NCBI GenBank assembly: GCA_963749075.1
Contig: CAVVLJ010000016.1
Location: 896,001 to 960,000 of the forward strand
Source of the DNA: an uncultured Pseudomonadota bacterium
GTDB taxonomy: Bacteria > Pseudomonadota > Alphaproteobacteria > JACZXZ01
Direction of reading: 5' to 3'
Length of the DNA stretch: 64,000 nucleotides
The position numbers and the translations under genes are program-made. Shown here piece by piece: positions 35,963-45,491 of this stretch. The notes under the pieces were generated by a model. The model was not told the DNA's origin. It did not search any database and worked only from the letters and a program-made list of their open reading frames with translations. The first letter of the stretch is position 1, and each line of letters begins with the position of its first letter.

Positions 35963-37219
35963 CTAAGGCCGCCAGCCTTTCATCGGCCATTGGATCGGGG
36001 CCAGCGCGGCATCCTCCGGCCATACCGCCACGTAGCCCTTGCCGTGGAGCTGGATGAGGTAGGTGGCGGCCTCGATGTTCTGGCCCGTCTTGTCGAACTT
36101 GACGCCGCGATAGCCCATCATGAGCTGCGCGGGCTTGAGGTCGGTCGCGGCGAGGGCGGCCTGGATCTTGGCGGGCTCGGTCGAGCCGGCGCGATCGATG
36201 GCGTCGGCCAGCACGAGGAAGCCCTCCATGTCGCGCCCGCTCGTGTCGTCGAGATCGCGGCCGGTCTTGGCCTTGTACATCTCGTTGATGCGGTAGGTGG
36301 CGCTGCCGGGCTTGCCGATCGTCCACGCGCTGCGGTTCATGACGCCCTGCGAGATGCCGCCGACGCCCGGGATGAAGGACGGATCCGAGAAGCCGGTGTC
36401 GTCGCCGATGATCATGGGCGGCAGATAGTTGAGCTCCTTCATCGTGCGCATATAGAGGATGGCGTCGGAGGTGTAGCTCACGAAGATCACCACGTCGGGG
36501 TTCTTCTCCTTGAGCTGCAGTATCTGCGGCGAGACGTTGGCCGCGTTGGCGCTGTAGGGAATGCGCGCCGCCACCTTGAAGCCGTGCGCCTTCGCCGCCT
36601 GCTCCACGGAATCGGCGACCGAGGTGCCGTAGTCCGTGTTCTCGTTGACGATGGCGATGCTGTCGACCTTGTGCCCGGCCTTCTGCATGTCGGGGAGGAA
36701 GCGCATATAGGCCTCGGCGTAGTCCGACGCGATCGGCGTCACGCGGTAGACCCATTTGAAGCCGCGGCCGGTGATGTTGAGGGCCGCCGAATCGCCCACC
36801 ACGAAGGGAATGCCGTAGCGCTCGGCGACGGCGGTCGCGGTGAGCGTCACCGAGGATTGATAGGCGCCGAAGAGCGCGTTCACGTTCTCCTGGGTGACGA
36901 GGCGGATGGCCTGGGTCTGGCCCACCTGCGGGTCGCCCTGGTGATCGACGAAGAGGGGCGCGATCTTGGCATGGCCGAGCCCGGGGAGGCCGGCCTCCGC
37001 GGCGAGCGGCAGCCCGTTGAGCTCGGGGTGCGCGTTGTTGATGACGTCGATCGCCACTTCGATTGCGGCCTTCTCCGCCTGGCCGGCCGCACCCGCATTG
37101 CCGCTCAAGGGCAACAGGATGCCGACCTTCACCGGCTGCTGCGCGCTGGCTGGCGACGCCGCCGCGATGGCGATGGCGAAGAGGGGGGCGGCCGCGACGG
37201 CCGCGAGAAGCTTTTTCAT
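35963..37219 (-). CDS. Branched-chain amino acid-type ABC substrate-binding protein (LivJ-like)
   Basis: Signal peptide; VKVGILLPLSG, GAYQSSVT, ENTDYG, VKFDKTGQN. Confidence 0.92.
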   Translation of the reverse strand: MKKLLAAVAAAPLFAIAIAAASPASAQQPVKVGILLPLSGNAGAAGQAEKAAIEVAIDVINNAHPELNGLPLAAEAGLPGLGHAKIAPLFVDHQGDPQVGQTQAIRLVTQENVNALFGAYQSSVTLTATAVAERYGIPFVVGDSAALNITGRGFKWVYRVTPIASDYAEAYMRFLPDMQKAGHKVDSIAIVNENTDYGTSVADSVEQAAKAHGFKVAARIPYSANAANVSPQILQLKEKNPDVVIFVSYTSDAILYMRTMKELNYLPPMIIGDDTGFSDPSFIPGVGGISQGVMNRSAWTIGKPGSATYRINEMYKAKTGRDLDDTSGRDMEGFLVLADAIDRAGSTEPAKIQAALAATDLKPAQLMMGYRGVKFDKTGQNIEAATYLIQLHGKGYVAVWPEDAALAPIQWPMKGWRP

Positions 37220-37299
37220 GTCTCCTCCCAAAATCTGCATCCCCGGGTTTGACCCTCGGGGCTGAGCCCTTGACCGGGCGCTGGGGCCTGACTAGCCTC

Positions 37300-37317
37300 T
37301 GGTCAGATGTCCGGCCA
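37300..37317. promoter_or_regulatory. Putative FadR-subfamily operator
   Basis: TGGTCAGA-TG-TCCGGCCA imperfect palindrome (6/8 arm match) between the divergent SBP and FadR genes. Confidence 0.55.
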
Positions 37318-37381
37318 CTTTTTCCATGCTACAAGGCTGGGCGCGCGCGATCAAGTGGCGCGCGGCCGGTGCAGAGGAGGG

Positions 37382-38131
37382 ATGGACATGGCGACATCAG
37401 AGCGCCGCGCGCGCCCCGTCTTCGCGCCGCTGAAGACGGTGCGCAAATCGGACGAGGTCTACGGGCAGATCTACGGCCTGATCAAGCGGGGCCGCCTGCC
37501 GCTCGGCAGCAAGCTGCCGGCGGAGCGCGAGCTCGCCGCCAAGTTCAACGCCAGCCGGCAGACCGTGCGGGAGGCGCTCTACCGCGCCGAGCTCGTCGGC
37601 ATCCTCGAGGTGCGCCATGGTGCCGGGAGCTTCGTCGTCTCGGCGAGCGAGCAGGCGCCGGCCGGCGCCTCACTTGCCGGCCTGATCGCGAAGGAGGCCG
37701 GCCGCATCAACGAGTTCCTCGAGCTGCGCCGGCTCATCGAAGGGTGGTGCGTGGCGCGGGCCGCGGAGTGCGCCACGGCCGCCGACCTCAAGGCGCTCTG
37801 GCGCCTGCTCGAGCGCATGCGCAGCCTCGATCTTGCCGATCCCGAATGGGAGGCCAACGACATCGAGTTCCATCTCACCATCGCGCGCGCGACCGGCAAT
37901 CCGCTCGTCGTGCGCATGATGGGGCTCTTGCGCGAGAGCTTCGCCGCCTTCTACCGCCTGAAGCGCATCATCCCGAGCAAGGAGGAGCAGCGGCTGGTGT
38001 GGCGGCTCCACTGGGAGCTTTACGACGCCATCCGCAAGCGGGCACCCGAGCGGGCGCGAAAGAGCGTCTTGGCGCACATGGACTTCATCGCGGAGAAGTT
38101 CAAGGAAAGCGTTGCGGACATCGACGATTGA
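37382..38131 (+). CDS. GntR family, FadR subfamily transcriptional regulator
   Basis: KLPAERELA..F..SRQTVREAL wHTH; DIEFHLTIARATGN FCD domain. Confidence 0.94.
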   Translation: MDMATSERRARPVFAPLKTVRKSDEVYGQIYGLIKRGRLPLGSKLPAERELAAKFNASRQTVREALYRAELVGILEVRHGAGSFVVSASEQAPAGASLAGLIAKEAGRINEFLELRRLIEGWCVARAAECATAADLKALWRLLERMRSLDLADPEWEANDIEFHLTIARATGNPLVVRMMGLLRESFAAFYRLKRIIPSKEEQRLVWRLHWELYDAIRKRAPERARKSVLAHMDFIAEKFKESVADIDD

Positions 38132-38144
38132 GTAGGAGGAGCGC

Positions 38145-38903
38145 ATGAGTGCGGCGGGACGGGCGGAGAACATGTGCGCTCTAGTGACGGGCGGCGGCCG
38201 CGGCATCGGCGCCGCGATAGCACTCCGGCTCGCCGCCGAAGGGGCCAAGGTCACGATCTTGGGGCCGCACGGCGAGACGCTCGCCAACACCGTAGCCGAG
38301 GCCCGCCGGCAAGGCCGCGAGATGGACCCCCTCATCGGCGACGTGACGGTCGAGGCGGACGTGAAGCGCACGGTCGAGAAGATCGTCGGCAAGCACGGCC
38401 GCATCGACATCCTGGTGAACAACGCCGGCGCCTCGCGCTCGAAGCCCTTTTTCGAGAAGACGCGCGGCGACTGGCTCGCCGCCCTCGAGATCAATCTCAT
38501 AGCCCCTTTCCTCTGCGCCCAGGCCGCCGGCCGGCACATGGTGAAGGCGAAATTCGGCAAGATCGTCAACATCACCTCGGTGCGCGGCGTCGAGCACTGC
38601 GGCCGCGAGGGCGTCATCGACTATTCCGCCGCCAAGGCCGCCATGGTGAGCTTCACCAAGACGCTCGCCAAGGAATTTGCACCGCACGTCAACGTCAATG
38701 CCGTCGCCCCCGGCCATACCAATACGGATCTCCTGAAGACCGTGCCCGAGGAGGTGAAGGCGGCCATGCTGGCCGGCACCTATCTCAAGCGCTTTGCCGA
38801 GCCCGCCGACATCGCGAACGCGGTGCTCTTCCTCTCCTCGCGCGAGGCCGACTTCATCACCGGCCAGCATCTCGTGGTGGACGGCGGCTTCTCGCTCAAA
38901 TAG
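38145..38903 (+). CDS. SDR family oxidoreductase (FabG-like)
   Basis: TGGGRGIG, NNAG, YSAAK, VNAVAPG, VDGG. Confidence 0.93.
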   Translation: MSAAGRAENMCALVTGGGRGIGAAIALRLAAEGAKVTILGPHGETLANTVAEARRQGREMDPLIGDVTVEADVKRTVEKIVGKHGRIDILVNNAGASRSKPFFEKTRGDWLAALEINLIAPFLCAQAAGRHMVKAKFGKIVNITSVRGVEHCGREGVIDYSAAKAAMVSFTKTLAKEFAPHVNVNAVAPGHTNTDLLKTVPEEVKAAMLAGTYLKRFAEPADIANAVLFLSSREADFITGQHLVVDGGFSLK

Positions 38904-38987
38904 CGGCCGGCGCGGTTATTGATCGGCGGCGGGCTTTGGCCTATTGCTGGGCGCGTGCGAGCAAGCGCGTCTGCAAGGAGGAGCGCC

Positions 38988-40130
38988 ATGCCGTTCGATC
39001 TCGCCCCCGCCGAGCCTGCGGCGATGGGTCTCCGTCCCCAGGCCCTCGAGCGCCTGGTCCGCATCATCGAAGGGCACATCGCGGCGAGCCGCTATCCCGG
39101 CGCCCAGATAGCACTTGCGCGCCACGGCAAGCTGGCGCTTTTCCGCACCTTCGGCCATGCGCAGCTGGCGCCCGAGCGCACGGCCGCGCGGCCGGACACG
39201 CTCTGGCTCCTCTATTCCAACACCAAGGTGATCACCGCGGCGGCGGTGTGGCTGCTCGTCGAGGAGGGTGCCCTCACCTTCCACGACCGCATCGCGGACC
39301 ACGTGCCCGAGTTCGCCCGCCACGCCAAGGGCGAGATCACGCTGCTCCAGCTCCTCACCCATCAGGCCGGCTTCCCGAGTGCTGCGATGCCGATGCCGTC
39401 CGCCGCCTGGGAGGATCACGATCTCCTGCGCAAGCTGGTGTGCGACTTCACGCTCGAATGGGCGCCGGGCTCGCGCGTCCACTACCACGCGGCCGCGGCG
39501 CACTGGACGGCGGCCGTGCTCATCGAGGCGGTGGCCATGATGGACTACCGCCAATTCATCCGCAGCCGCGTGATCGAGCCGCTCGGCCTCGCGCGCGAGC
39601 TCTACGTCGGCCTGCCGGAGGCCGAGGGCGCGCGCGCCGCCGTGATGCACATGCCGGAGGCCGACGGGACTGCGCAAACCCCCATGGCCGACGAGAACAC
39701 CCCTGCCTTCCGCCGCGCCGGCATCCCCGGCGGCGGCGGTTATGCCACCGCGCGCGCCATGGCGGCCTTCTACCAGATGCTGGCGGCGGGGGGCCGCCTC
39801 AACGGTACCCGGCTCTTCTCGCCGCGGATGGTGCAGTACGTCACGCGCAACTTCACCGGCGACCGGCCCGACGGCTACATGGGCATGCCCATGCACCGGG
39901 GCCTGGGACCTCACTCGCGCGGCACCACGCCGGGCATCCGCGGCCTCGGCTCGATCGCCTCGCCCTCGACCTTCGGCCACGGCGGGGTGGGCTCGTCCTA
40001 TTGCTGGGCCGATCCCGAGACCGGCGTCTCCTTCGCCTATCTCACTAACAGCCGCGTGCCCGACCCCTGGCACTCGCGCCGCCTCGACATCGTGTCGAGC
40101 GCGGTGCACGCGGCGATCGAGGACGCGTGA
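38988..40130 (+). CDS. Serine hydrolase, beta-lactamase/family VIII esterase-like
   Basis: SxxK (YSNTK), LLTHQAG, YH, FGHGG, WADP. Confidence 0.9.
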   Translation: MPFDLAPAEPAAMGLRPQALERLVRIIEGHIAASRYPGAQIALARHGKLALFRTFGHAQLAPERTAARPDTLWLLYSNTKVITAAAVWLLVEEGALTFHDRIADHVPEFARHAKGEITLLQLLTHQAGFPSAAMPMPSAAWEDHDLLRKLVCDFTLEWAPGSRVHYHAAAAHWTAAVLIEAVAMMDYRQFIRSRVIEPLGLARELYVGLPEAEGARAAVMHMPEADGTAQTPMADENTPAFRRAGIPGGGGYATARAMAAFYQMLAAGGRLNGTRLFSPRMVQYVTRNFTGDRPDGYMGMPMHRGLGPHSRGTTPGIRGLGSIASPSTFGHGGVGSSYCWADPETGVSFAYLTNSRVPDPWHSRRLDIVSSAVHAAIEDA

Positions 40131-40191
40131 GGGGAGGGGGAAGCTGCTTTAGCTCGCGGCCGGGGCTAGTACGAGGAATCATTGGCGCGTA

Positions 40192-40263
40192 GCCCACCCC
40201 CCTCCCTAACCCTCCCCCTTGAAGGGGGCTCGAGCCGCGAAGCGGATCGAGGGGGAGGGGGTG
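40192..40263. repeat. REP-like palindromic repeat (family B variant)
   Basis: CCCTAACCCTCCCCCTTGAAGGGGG...GGGGGAGGGGGTG between convergent genes; related to 13185-13285. Confidence 0.7.
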
Positions 40264-40287
40264 ACGCTCGTCGCAATGATCGTGAGT

Positions 40288-40865
40288 CTAGCGAGCTTCC
40301 GTCCAGCTCTCGGAGAACGCCAGCGCGCAGGTGCTGAATGGCCGGCCTTCGCGCTCCCTTGGCCATGGCCGGCCCGCTGCCTCGATGCCGTTACGCGACA
40401 GGCGGGCGGCAAGCGCGGATAGCAGAACGGTGCACACCCCGTAAGGACGTCCCGGCGCCGCGTTGGGCTGCGTGTGGATCAGCAAGGGCTCGCCGATTTC
40501 ATACCATGTGAGGGTGATCTCGTCGTCCCGTGCTGCCACCCGCTCGGTCCAGAAATAGCGCGGATCGCCCGACTTGGTGAACTGGGCGTCGAGCACCGGG
40601 ATTGCCGCGTCTCTCGTCTCGGCATTGAGCATGCCCTGGACGGTCGCTTGCAGCCAACGCGCCATGGCAATGTTGTCGGAGTAGATGCGCCAGCGATTCT
40701 CCGTCAGCTCGCTCTTGAGATAGAGAACGTGCCCCGGTCCGGCCGGGCAAAAGATGATGCGACAGAAGCTCGCGTCGGTCTTGTTGGCGTCGCGTCCTTC
40801 TCGCTCAGCCGTATGAAGGGGTTTTCACCCGTTAGGATCAGGCGGTTGGAGTCCGCGATGCTCGT
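40288..40865 (-). pseudogene. Hypothetical protein of about 190 aa with ACG at the start position and a frameshift near 40793
   Basis: GGAGG RBS followed by ACG AGC ATC; joining two frames gives one coherent protein ...GENPFIRL...GPGHVLYL...IYSDNIAMARWLQ...AFSESW. Confidence 0.6.
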
Positions 40866-41011
40866 GGCGTAAACCTCCGGTCCATCACAGGATTGCCGCC
40901 TCCGGACGGGGAGGCCGAAGTCCCCGCCTCGCGGCAATCATGCTCGCTTCCGAGCCCGTAGGCTACCGCGTTGCAGGAGGGGAAAGGATAGCGGAGCCAG
41001 GGCCCGCGAGC

Positions 41012-43012
41012 CTACACGTCGAGTTCCTTCACGAACCTCGCGTTCTCCTGGATGAAGGCGAGGCGGAGCTCGGGCTTGCGGCCCATGAGCTGCTCGACGA
41101 GGGCGGCGGTCTCGCGCGCGTCGGGCGCCTCGGCGTCCACATGGCCGTTCGGTAGCACGACCTTCAAGAGCGTGCGCGTCCTGGGGTTCATGGTGGTCTC
41201 GCGGAGCTGCTGCGGCGGCATCTCGCCCAAGCCCTTGAAGCGGCTCGTCTCGACCTTGCCGCGGCCGGCGAACTCGGCGGCCATGAGCTCGTCCTTGTGC
41301 TTGTCGTCGCGCGCGTAGAGCACCTTGCCGCCTTGCGAGAGACGGTAGAGCGGCGGGAGGGCGAGGAAGAGCCGGCCGTCCTCGATGAGCCCGCGCATCT
41401 CCTTGTAGAAGAAAGTCATGAGGAGCGAGGCGATGTGGGCGCCGTCCACGTCGGCGTCGGTCATGATGATGACGCGGTCGTAGCGCAGCTTGTCGGCGCT
41501 GTAATGGGCGCCGAGGCCGCAGCCGAGCGCCTGCACGAGGTCGGCAAGCTCCTGGTTGGCGCGCAGCTTGTCGGCCGAAGCACTCGCGACGTTGAGGATC
41601 TTGCCGCGCAAGGGGAGCACGGCCTGGCTCTCGCGCTCGCGCGCCTGCTTGGCCGAGCCGCCTGCGGAATCCCCCTCGACGAGGAAGATCTCGGTGTCCT
41701 CGGAGGAGCGGCGCGCGCAGTCGGCGAGCTTGCCGGGGAGGCGCAGGTTGCGCGTGGCGCTCTTGCGCTTGAGCTCGCGCGCATCGCGGCGGCGCTGGCG
41801 CTCCTCGGCGCGCTCGACGATGGCGTCGAGGAGGAGCTTGGAGGCCGCCGGATCGGCGGCCAGCCAATGGTCGAAATGGTCCTTGACGTGCTGCTCGACG
41901 AGGCGCGCCGCCTCCGGCATGGAGAGGCGCTCCTTGGTCTGGCCCTGGAACTGCGGATTGCGCACGAAGAGGGAGAGCATGATCACCGCCCCGTCGGCCA
42001 CGTCGTCGGCGGCGATCTGCCTCGCCTTGCGGTTGCCCGTGAGCTCGCCGTAGGCGCGCATCGCGCGGGCGAGTGCCGTGCGCAGGCCGAGCTCGTGGCT
42101 GCCGCCGTCTGGCGTCGGCACGGTGTTGCAGTAGGAGTTGAAGAGGCCCTCGCCGTCGAGCGGCCAGGCGATCGCCCATTCGACGCGGCCCTCCTCGCCC
42201 GGGAAGCGCGCCTCGCCGGCGAAGGGGAGGGGGGTGATGGTCTTGCGCTCCTCGAGCGAGGCCACGAGATAGTCCGAGAGCCCGCCGGGGAAATGGATGG
42301 TCGCCCCGGCCGGCACATCGTCGAGGCCGGCCAAGAGCTCGGGCGCGCACTTCCAGCGCATCTCGACGACGCGGGTGAGATAGGCCTTGGCGCGCGCCAT
42401 GCGGTAGACCTGCGCCGGCTTGAGATGAACCTCGTTGCCGAAGATCTGCGGGTCGGGGTGGCAGCGCACCGTGGTGCCGCGGCGGTTCGACACGGCGCCC
42501 GCGTCCTTGAGCTTGCCCTTGGGCTTGCCCCGCGCGTAGTCCTGCACCCAGAGGCGGCGGTCGCGCGCCACCTCGACGGTCAAGCGGTCGGAGAGCGCGT
42601 TCACCACCGAGAGGCCGACGCCATGGAGGCCGCCCGCCGTGCTATAAACCTTGTCGGAGAACTTGCCGCCGGAATGGAGCGTGGTGAGGATGACCTCGAG
42701 CGCGGATTTGTCCTTGAACTTGGGATGACGGTCGACCGGGATGCCGCGGCCGTTGTCGCGCACCGTAAGCGCCCCGTCGGCCGCGAGCTCGATCTCGATC
42801 CAGCTGGCATGCCCGGCGATGACCTCGTCCATGGCATTGTCGAGGAGCTCGGCCACGAGATGGTGGATGGCGCGCTCGTCGGTGCCGCCGATATACATGC
42901 CGGGCCGGCGGCGCACGGGCTCCAGCCCCTCGAGCACCTCGATGTCCTTGGCGGTATAGCTGCCGCGTCCCTTGGCGGCACCGCCCGGCGGCAGATCGAA
43001 AAGGTCGGCCAT
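41012..43012 (-). CDS. parE: DNA topoisomerase IV subunit B
   Basis: IEVLEGLEPVRRRPGMYIG, DNAMDE, GLHGVG, VEGDSAGGSAKQAR, IMTDADVDGAHI, RFKGLGEM; EPVR and the absence of the GyrB insertion indicate ParE. Confidence 0.95.
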   Translation of the reverse strand: MADLFDLPPGGAAKGRGSYTAKDIEVLEGLEPVRRRPGMYIGGTDERAIHHLVAELLDNAMDEVIAGHASWIEIELAADGALTVRDNGRGIPVDRHPKFKDKSALEVILTTLHSGGKFSDKVYSTAGGLHGVGLSVVNALSDRLTVEVARDRRLWVQDYARGKPKGKLKDAGAVSNRRGTTVRCHPDPQIFGNEVHLKPAQVYRMARAKAYLTRVVEMRWKCAPELLAGLDDVPAGATIHFPGGLSDYLVASLEERKTITPLPFAGEARFPGEEGRVEWAIAWPLDGEGLFNSYCNTVPTPDGGSHELGLRTALARAMRAYGELTGNRKARQIAADDVADGAVIMLSLFVRNPQFQGQTKERLSMPEAARLVEQHVKDHFDHWLAADPAASKLLLDAIVERAEERQRRRDARELKRKSATRNLRLPGKLADCARRSSEDTEIFLVEGDSAGGSAKQARERESQAVLPLRGKILNVASASADKLRANQELADLVQALGCGLGAHYSADKLRYDRVIIMTDADVDGAHIASLLMTFFYKEMRGLIEDGRLFLALPPLYRLSQGGKVLYARDDKHKDELMAAEFAGRGKVETSRFKGLGEMPPQQLRETTMNPRTRTLLKVVLPNGHVDAEAPDARETAALVEQLMGRKPELRLAFIQENARFVKELDV

Positions 43013-43110
43013 GACGGGCATTATGGTGGGGCAGGCGGCCGGCTTCAAGGGCATGCTGTGTGTTGTTGCAACGCATTCAACAAGATGTTGTGGGCAAAGG
43101 GAGCAGGACC

Positions 43111-43548
43111 ATGACCGAGCGAGCGCCGGCGCAGGATGAGGGGGCGCGGCCCGGGGCGATGCGGGAGCCCGGCGAGCCGCGCGGCGAGCTGCAGATCCGC
43201 ACGGCGACGCGCCCCGCGGACACCAACCAGAACGGCGACATCTTCGGCGGCTGGGTGCTCGGCCAGATGGACGTGGCCGGCGGCATCTTCGCCTCGAAGA
43301 TCGCCAACGGGCGGGTGGTGACCGTGGCGGTCGACGGCATGACCTTCAAGCGGCCGGTCTATGTGGGCGACGTGCTCTGCGTCTATGCCGATCTGGTGCG
43401 CGTCGGCACGAGCTCGATCACCGTATGGATCGAATCCTGGGTGCTGCGGCGCAATGCTGGCGAGCGCATCCTGGTCACCGAGGGTAATTTCACCTACGTC
43501 GCGATCGACGACGAGGGGCGGCCGCGGCGCGCGAAGGCTTCGCAGTAG
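43111..43548 (+). CDS. Acyl-CoA thioesterase (YciA-like hot-dog fold)
   Basis: PADTNQNGDIFGGWVLGQMD, PVYVGD, VGTSS, FTYVAID. Confidence 0.93.
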   Translation: MTERAPAQDEGARPGAMREPGEPRGELQIRTATRPADTNQNGDIFGGWVLGQMDVAGGIFASKIANGRVVTVAVDGMTFKRPVYVGDVLCVYADLVRVGTSSITVWIESWVLRRNAGERILVTEGNFTYVAIDDEGRPRRAKASQ

Positions 43549-43711
43549 GGTTGGCGCGGCAATGGTCAGAAATTGGTGCCAGAACAACGCACTAAAGGGC
43601 TCCTGAAAAATTTTGAAACGACACCGTTGCGTTTCCACAGGATTTTTGCTAGGTCTTCGTATGTTGGTAAGGCGCACGAGCCCGCGCCGACACTCTTAGG
43701 AGTATGCCACC

Positions 43712-44035
43712 ATGACGCTCAAGGCTGCCGCGATCTCGCTTGCCGTTGCTGGCGCCATCGCCTTGGCACCTCTGTCATCCGCCTCGGCCCGCGACTTCCA
43801 TCACGGCCGCGGCATTCTGTTCGGACTGTTCGGCCTGGGGGCGGCGGCGGTCATCGCCGCGGCCACGCTGGCGACGGCGCCGGTCGTGGCGCTGGCCGGG
43901 GGCGCTCCCGGCTATTACGCCCCGCCCGCGCCGGCCTACTACTACCCGCCGCCGGGCTACTACTATCCGCCGCGCGCCTATTATGCGCCGCCCGCCTACT
44001 ATGCCCCGCCTCGCGTGGGATATGGCGCGCAATAG
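43712..44035 (+). CDS. Small exported Pro/Tyr-rich hypothetical protein
   Basis: AGGAG RBS, signal peptide ending ASA, second hydrophobic segment, YYAPP-type repeats. Confidence 0.75.
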   Translation: MTLKAAAISLAVAGAIALAPLSSASARDFHHGRGILFGLFGLGAAAVIAAATLATAPVVALAGGAPGYYAPPAPAYYYPPPGYYYPPRAYYAPPAYYAPPRVGYGAQ

Positions 44036-44123
44036 AAAGGCACGTCTGCTGCCCTCGCGTCGGATACGCCGCCTCGGCTGTCTGAGCGAAGCGAGCGCGC
44101 GCTAGGCGGCGCGCCGACGGGAG

Positions 44124-44843
44124 GTGCAGGTGGCGAACGAGGCAGCGCGCGGAAATGCGACGGGGGGCGTGGCGCGCCGCGGCGGACGGCCGCCGCGCCT
44201 TGAGGCCGAGCAGATCCGCGAGCGCATCCTCGACATCGCCACGGCGCTCTTCTTGAGCCAAGGCTATGGCGCCACCAGCATCGAGGCGGTGGCCAAGCGC
44301 GCCCGCATCTCCAAGCGCACCTTCTACCACCGCTTCCGCGACAAGGCCGATCTCTTCGGCGCCGTCGTGCATCGCCTTGTCGAACGGCTGCGGCCGCCGC
44401 CCCAGAACGAGGGGCAGCTCTTCGACGGCGGCGAGCTCAAGGAGATCCTCGAACGCCTTGCGGCCTTCATCCTGCGCGCAGCGCTCTCCGCGGAGGCGCT
44501 GGCGCTGCAACGCGTGATCCTCGCCGAGGCGACGCGTTTTCCCGAGCTGGCCGCCGTCGTGAACGAGCGCGGCGCACGCCAGCAGGCGATCGAGCGTATC
44601 GCCGGACTCCTCGAGCGCACGGCCCCTCCCGGCCACCCCGGCGCCGCACGCTCCCGCTTCGCCGCCGAGCAATTCCTCCTGATGGTGGTCTCGGCGCCGC
44701 AGCGCCGCGCCCTCGGCCTGGGCACGCCGCTCTCGCCGGCGGAGCTCGACGGCTGGGCGCGCGCTGCCGTCGACCTCTTCCTCAACGGCTGGCTGCCGCG
44801 AGAAATCAAGAATTTACAAGGCCCGATGAACGAGCAAGGATAG
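44124..44843 (+). CDS. TetR/AcrR family transcriptional regulator
   Basis: GGRP..RERILDIA..LF...GYGATSIEAVAKRARISKRTFYHRF.DK. Confidence 0.93.
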   Translation: MQVANEAARGNATGGVARRGGRPPRLEAEQIRERILDIATALFLSQGYGATSIEAVAKRARISKRTFYHRFRDKADLFGAVVHRLVERLRPPPQNEGQLFDGGELKEILERLAAFILRAALSAEALALQRVILAEATRFPELAAVVNERGARQQAIERIAGLLERTAPPGHPGAARSRFAAEQFLLMVVSAPQRRALGLGTPLSPAELDGWARAAVDLFLNGWLPREIKNLQGPMNEQG

Positions 44844-44846
44844 CGT

Positions 44847-44921
44847 CCCATGTGCAAGACGCCCATGTGGAAGACGCCCATGTGGAAGACGCCCATGTGG
44901 AAGACGCCCATGGGCAAGACG
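44847..44921. repeat. Tandem repeat, 5 x 15 bp (CCCATGTGGAAGACG)
   Basis: Units at 44847, 44862, 44877, 44892 and 44907; the three central units are identical. Confidence 0.95.
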
Positions 44922-45491
44922 AATGCCTTGCGGGCGCAAAACGAGCCGCCTGCCGACGCCGAGCGCGAGGCGGCGCTCGCGGCACTTGCCGGCATGGCGC
45001 GGCGGTTCGAGGCCGTCCTCGCCGCGATCCCGGCGGAGCTTTGGCGCGAGCCGCCCGCGGCCGGCGGCTTTGCGCTGGTCGAGCACGCCTGCCACCTGCG
45101 CGACATCGAAATGGAAGGCTATCGCGTGCGCCTCGAGCGCATGCTCGCGGAAGCCGCACCGCTCCTTCCCGACCTCGACGGCGCCAAGCTCGCGCGCGAG
45201 CGCAATTACCTCGGCGAGGACCTGAGGGCGGGCTTAGGTGCCTTCGCAAGCGCGCGCGGCGAGGTCGTCCGCCGCCTGGCCGGCCTCACGTCCGCCGAGC
45301 GGCGCCGCTGCGGCACGCTCGAAGGTGTGGGCGAGATCACCATCGACGGCCTCGTCGCCAAGATGCTCGAGCACGACCGCGAACATCTTGCCGAGCTCGC
45401 GGCACTCCGAGGCGGAGCTCCTCGCGCGCGCTCGCCGCTCAATGCAGGGCGAAAACCGGTAGATCGGCGTCCTGCAGCATGGCGCGCGTGA
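44850..45491 (+). CDS. DinB/YfiT family protein (true start uncertain because of the repeat)
   Basis: EHACHLRDIE and EHDREH His motifs; four-helix DinB pattern. Confidence 0.82.
   Translation: MCKTPMWKTPMWKTPMWKTPMGKTNALRAQNEPPADAEREAALAALAGMARRFEAVLAAIPAELWREPPAAGGFALVEHACHLRDIEMEGYRVRLERMLAEAAPLLPDLDGAKLARERNYLGEDLRAGLGAFASARGEVVRRLAGLTSAERRRCGTLEGVGEITIDGLVAKMLEHDREHLAELAALRGGAPRARSPLNAGRKPVDRRPAAWRA

Noticed and set aside
38988-40130. Antibiotic-resistance beta-lactamase
   Set aside because: No signal peptide; the motifs and catabolic context fit an esterase-type serine hydrolase
41012-43012. parE without an adjacent parC as an anomaly
   Set aside because: The two genes are commonly unlinked in Alphaproteobacteria
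44847-44921. CRISPR array
   Set aside because: The 15-bp units are directly adjacent with no spacers, and no cas genes are present
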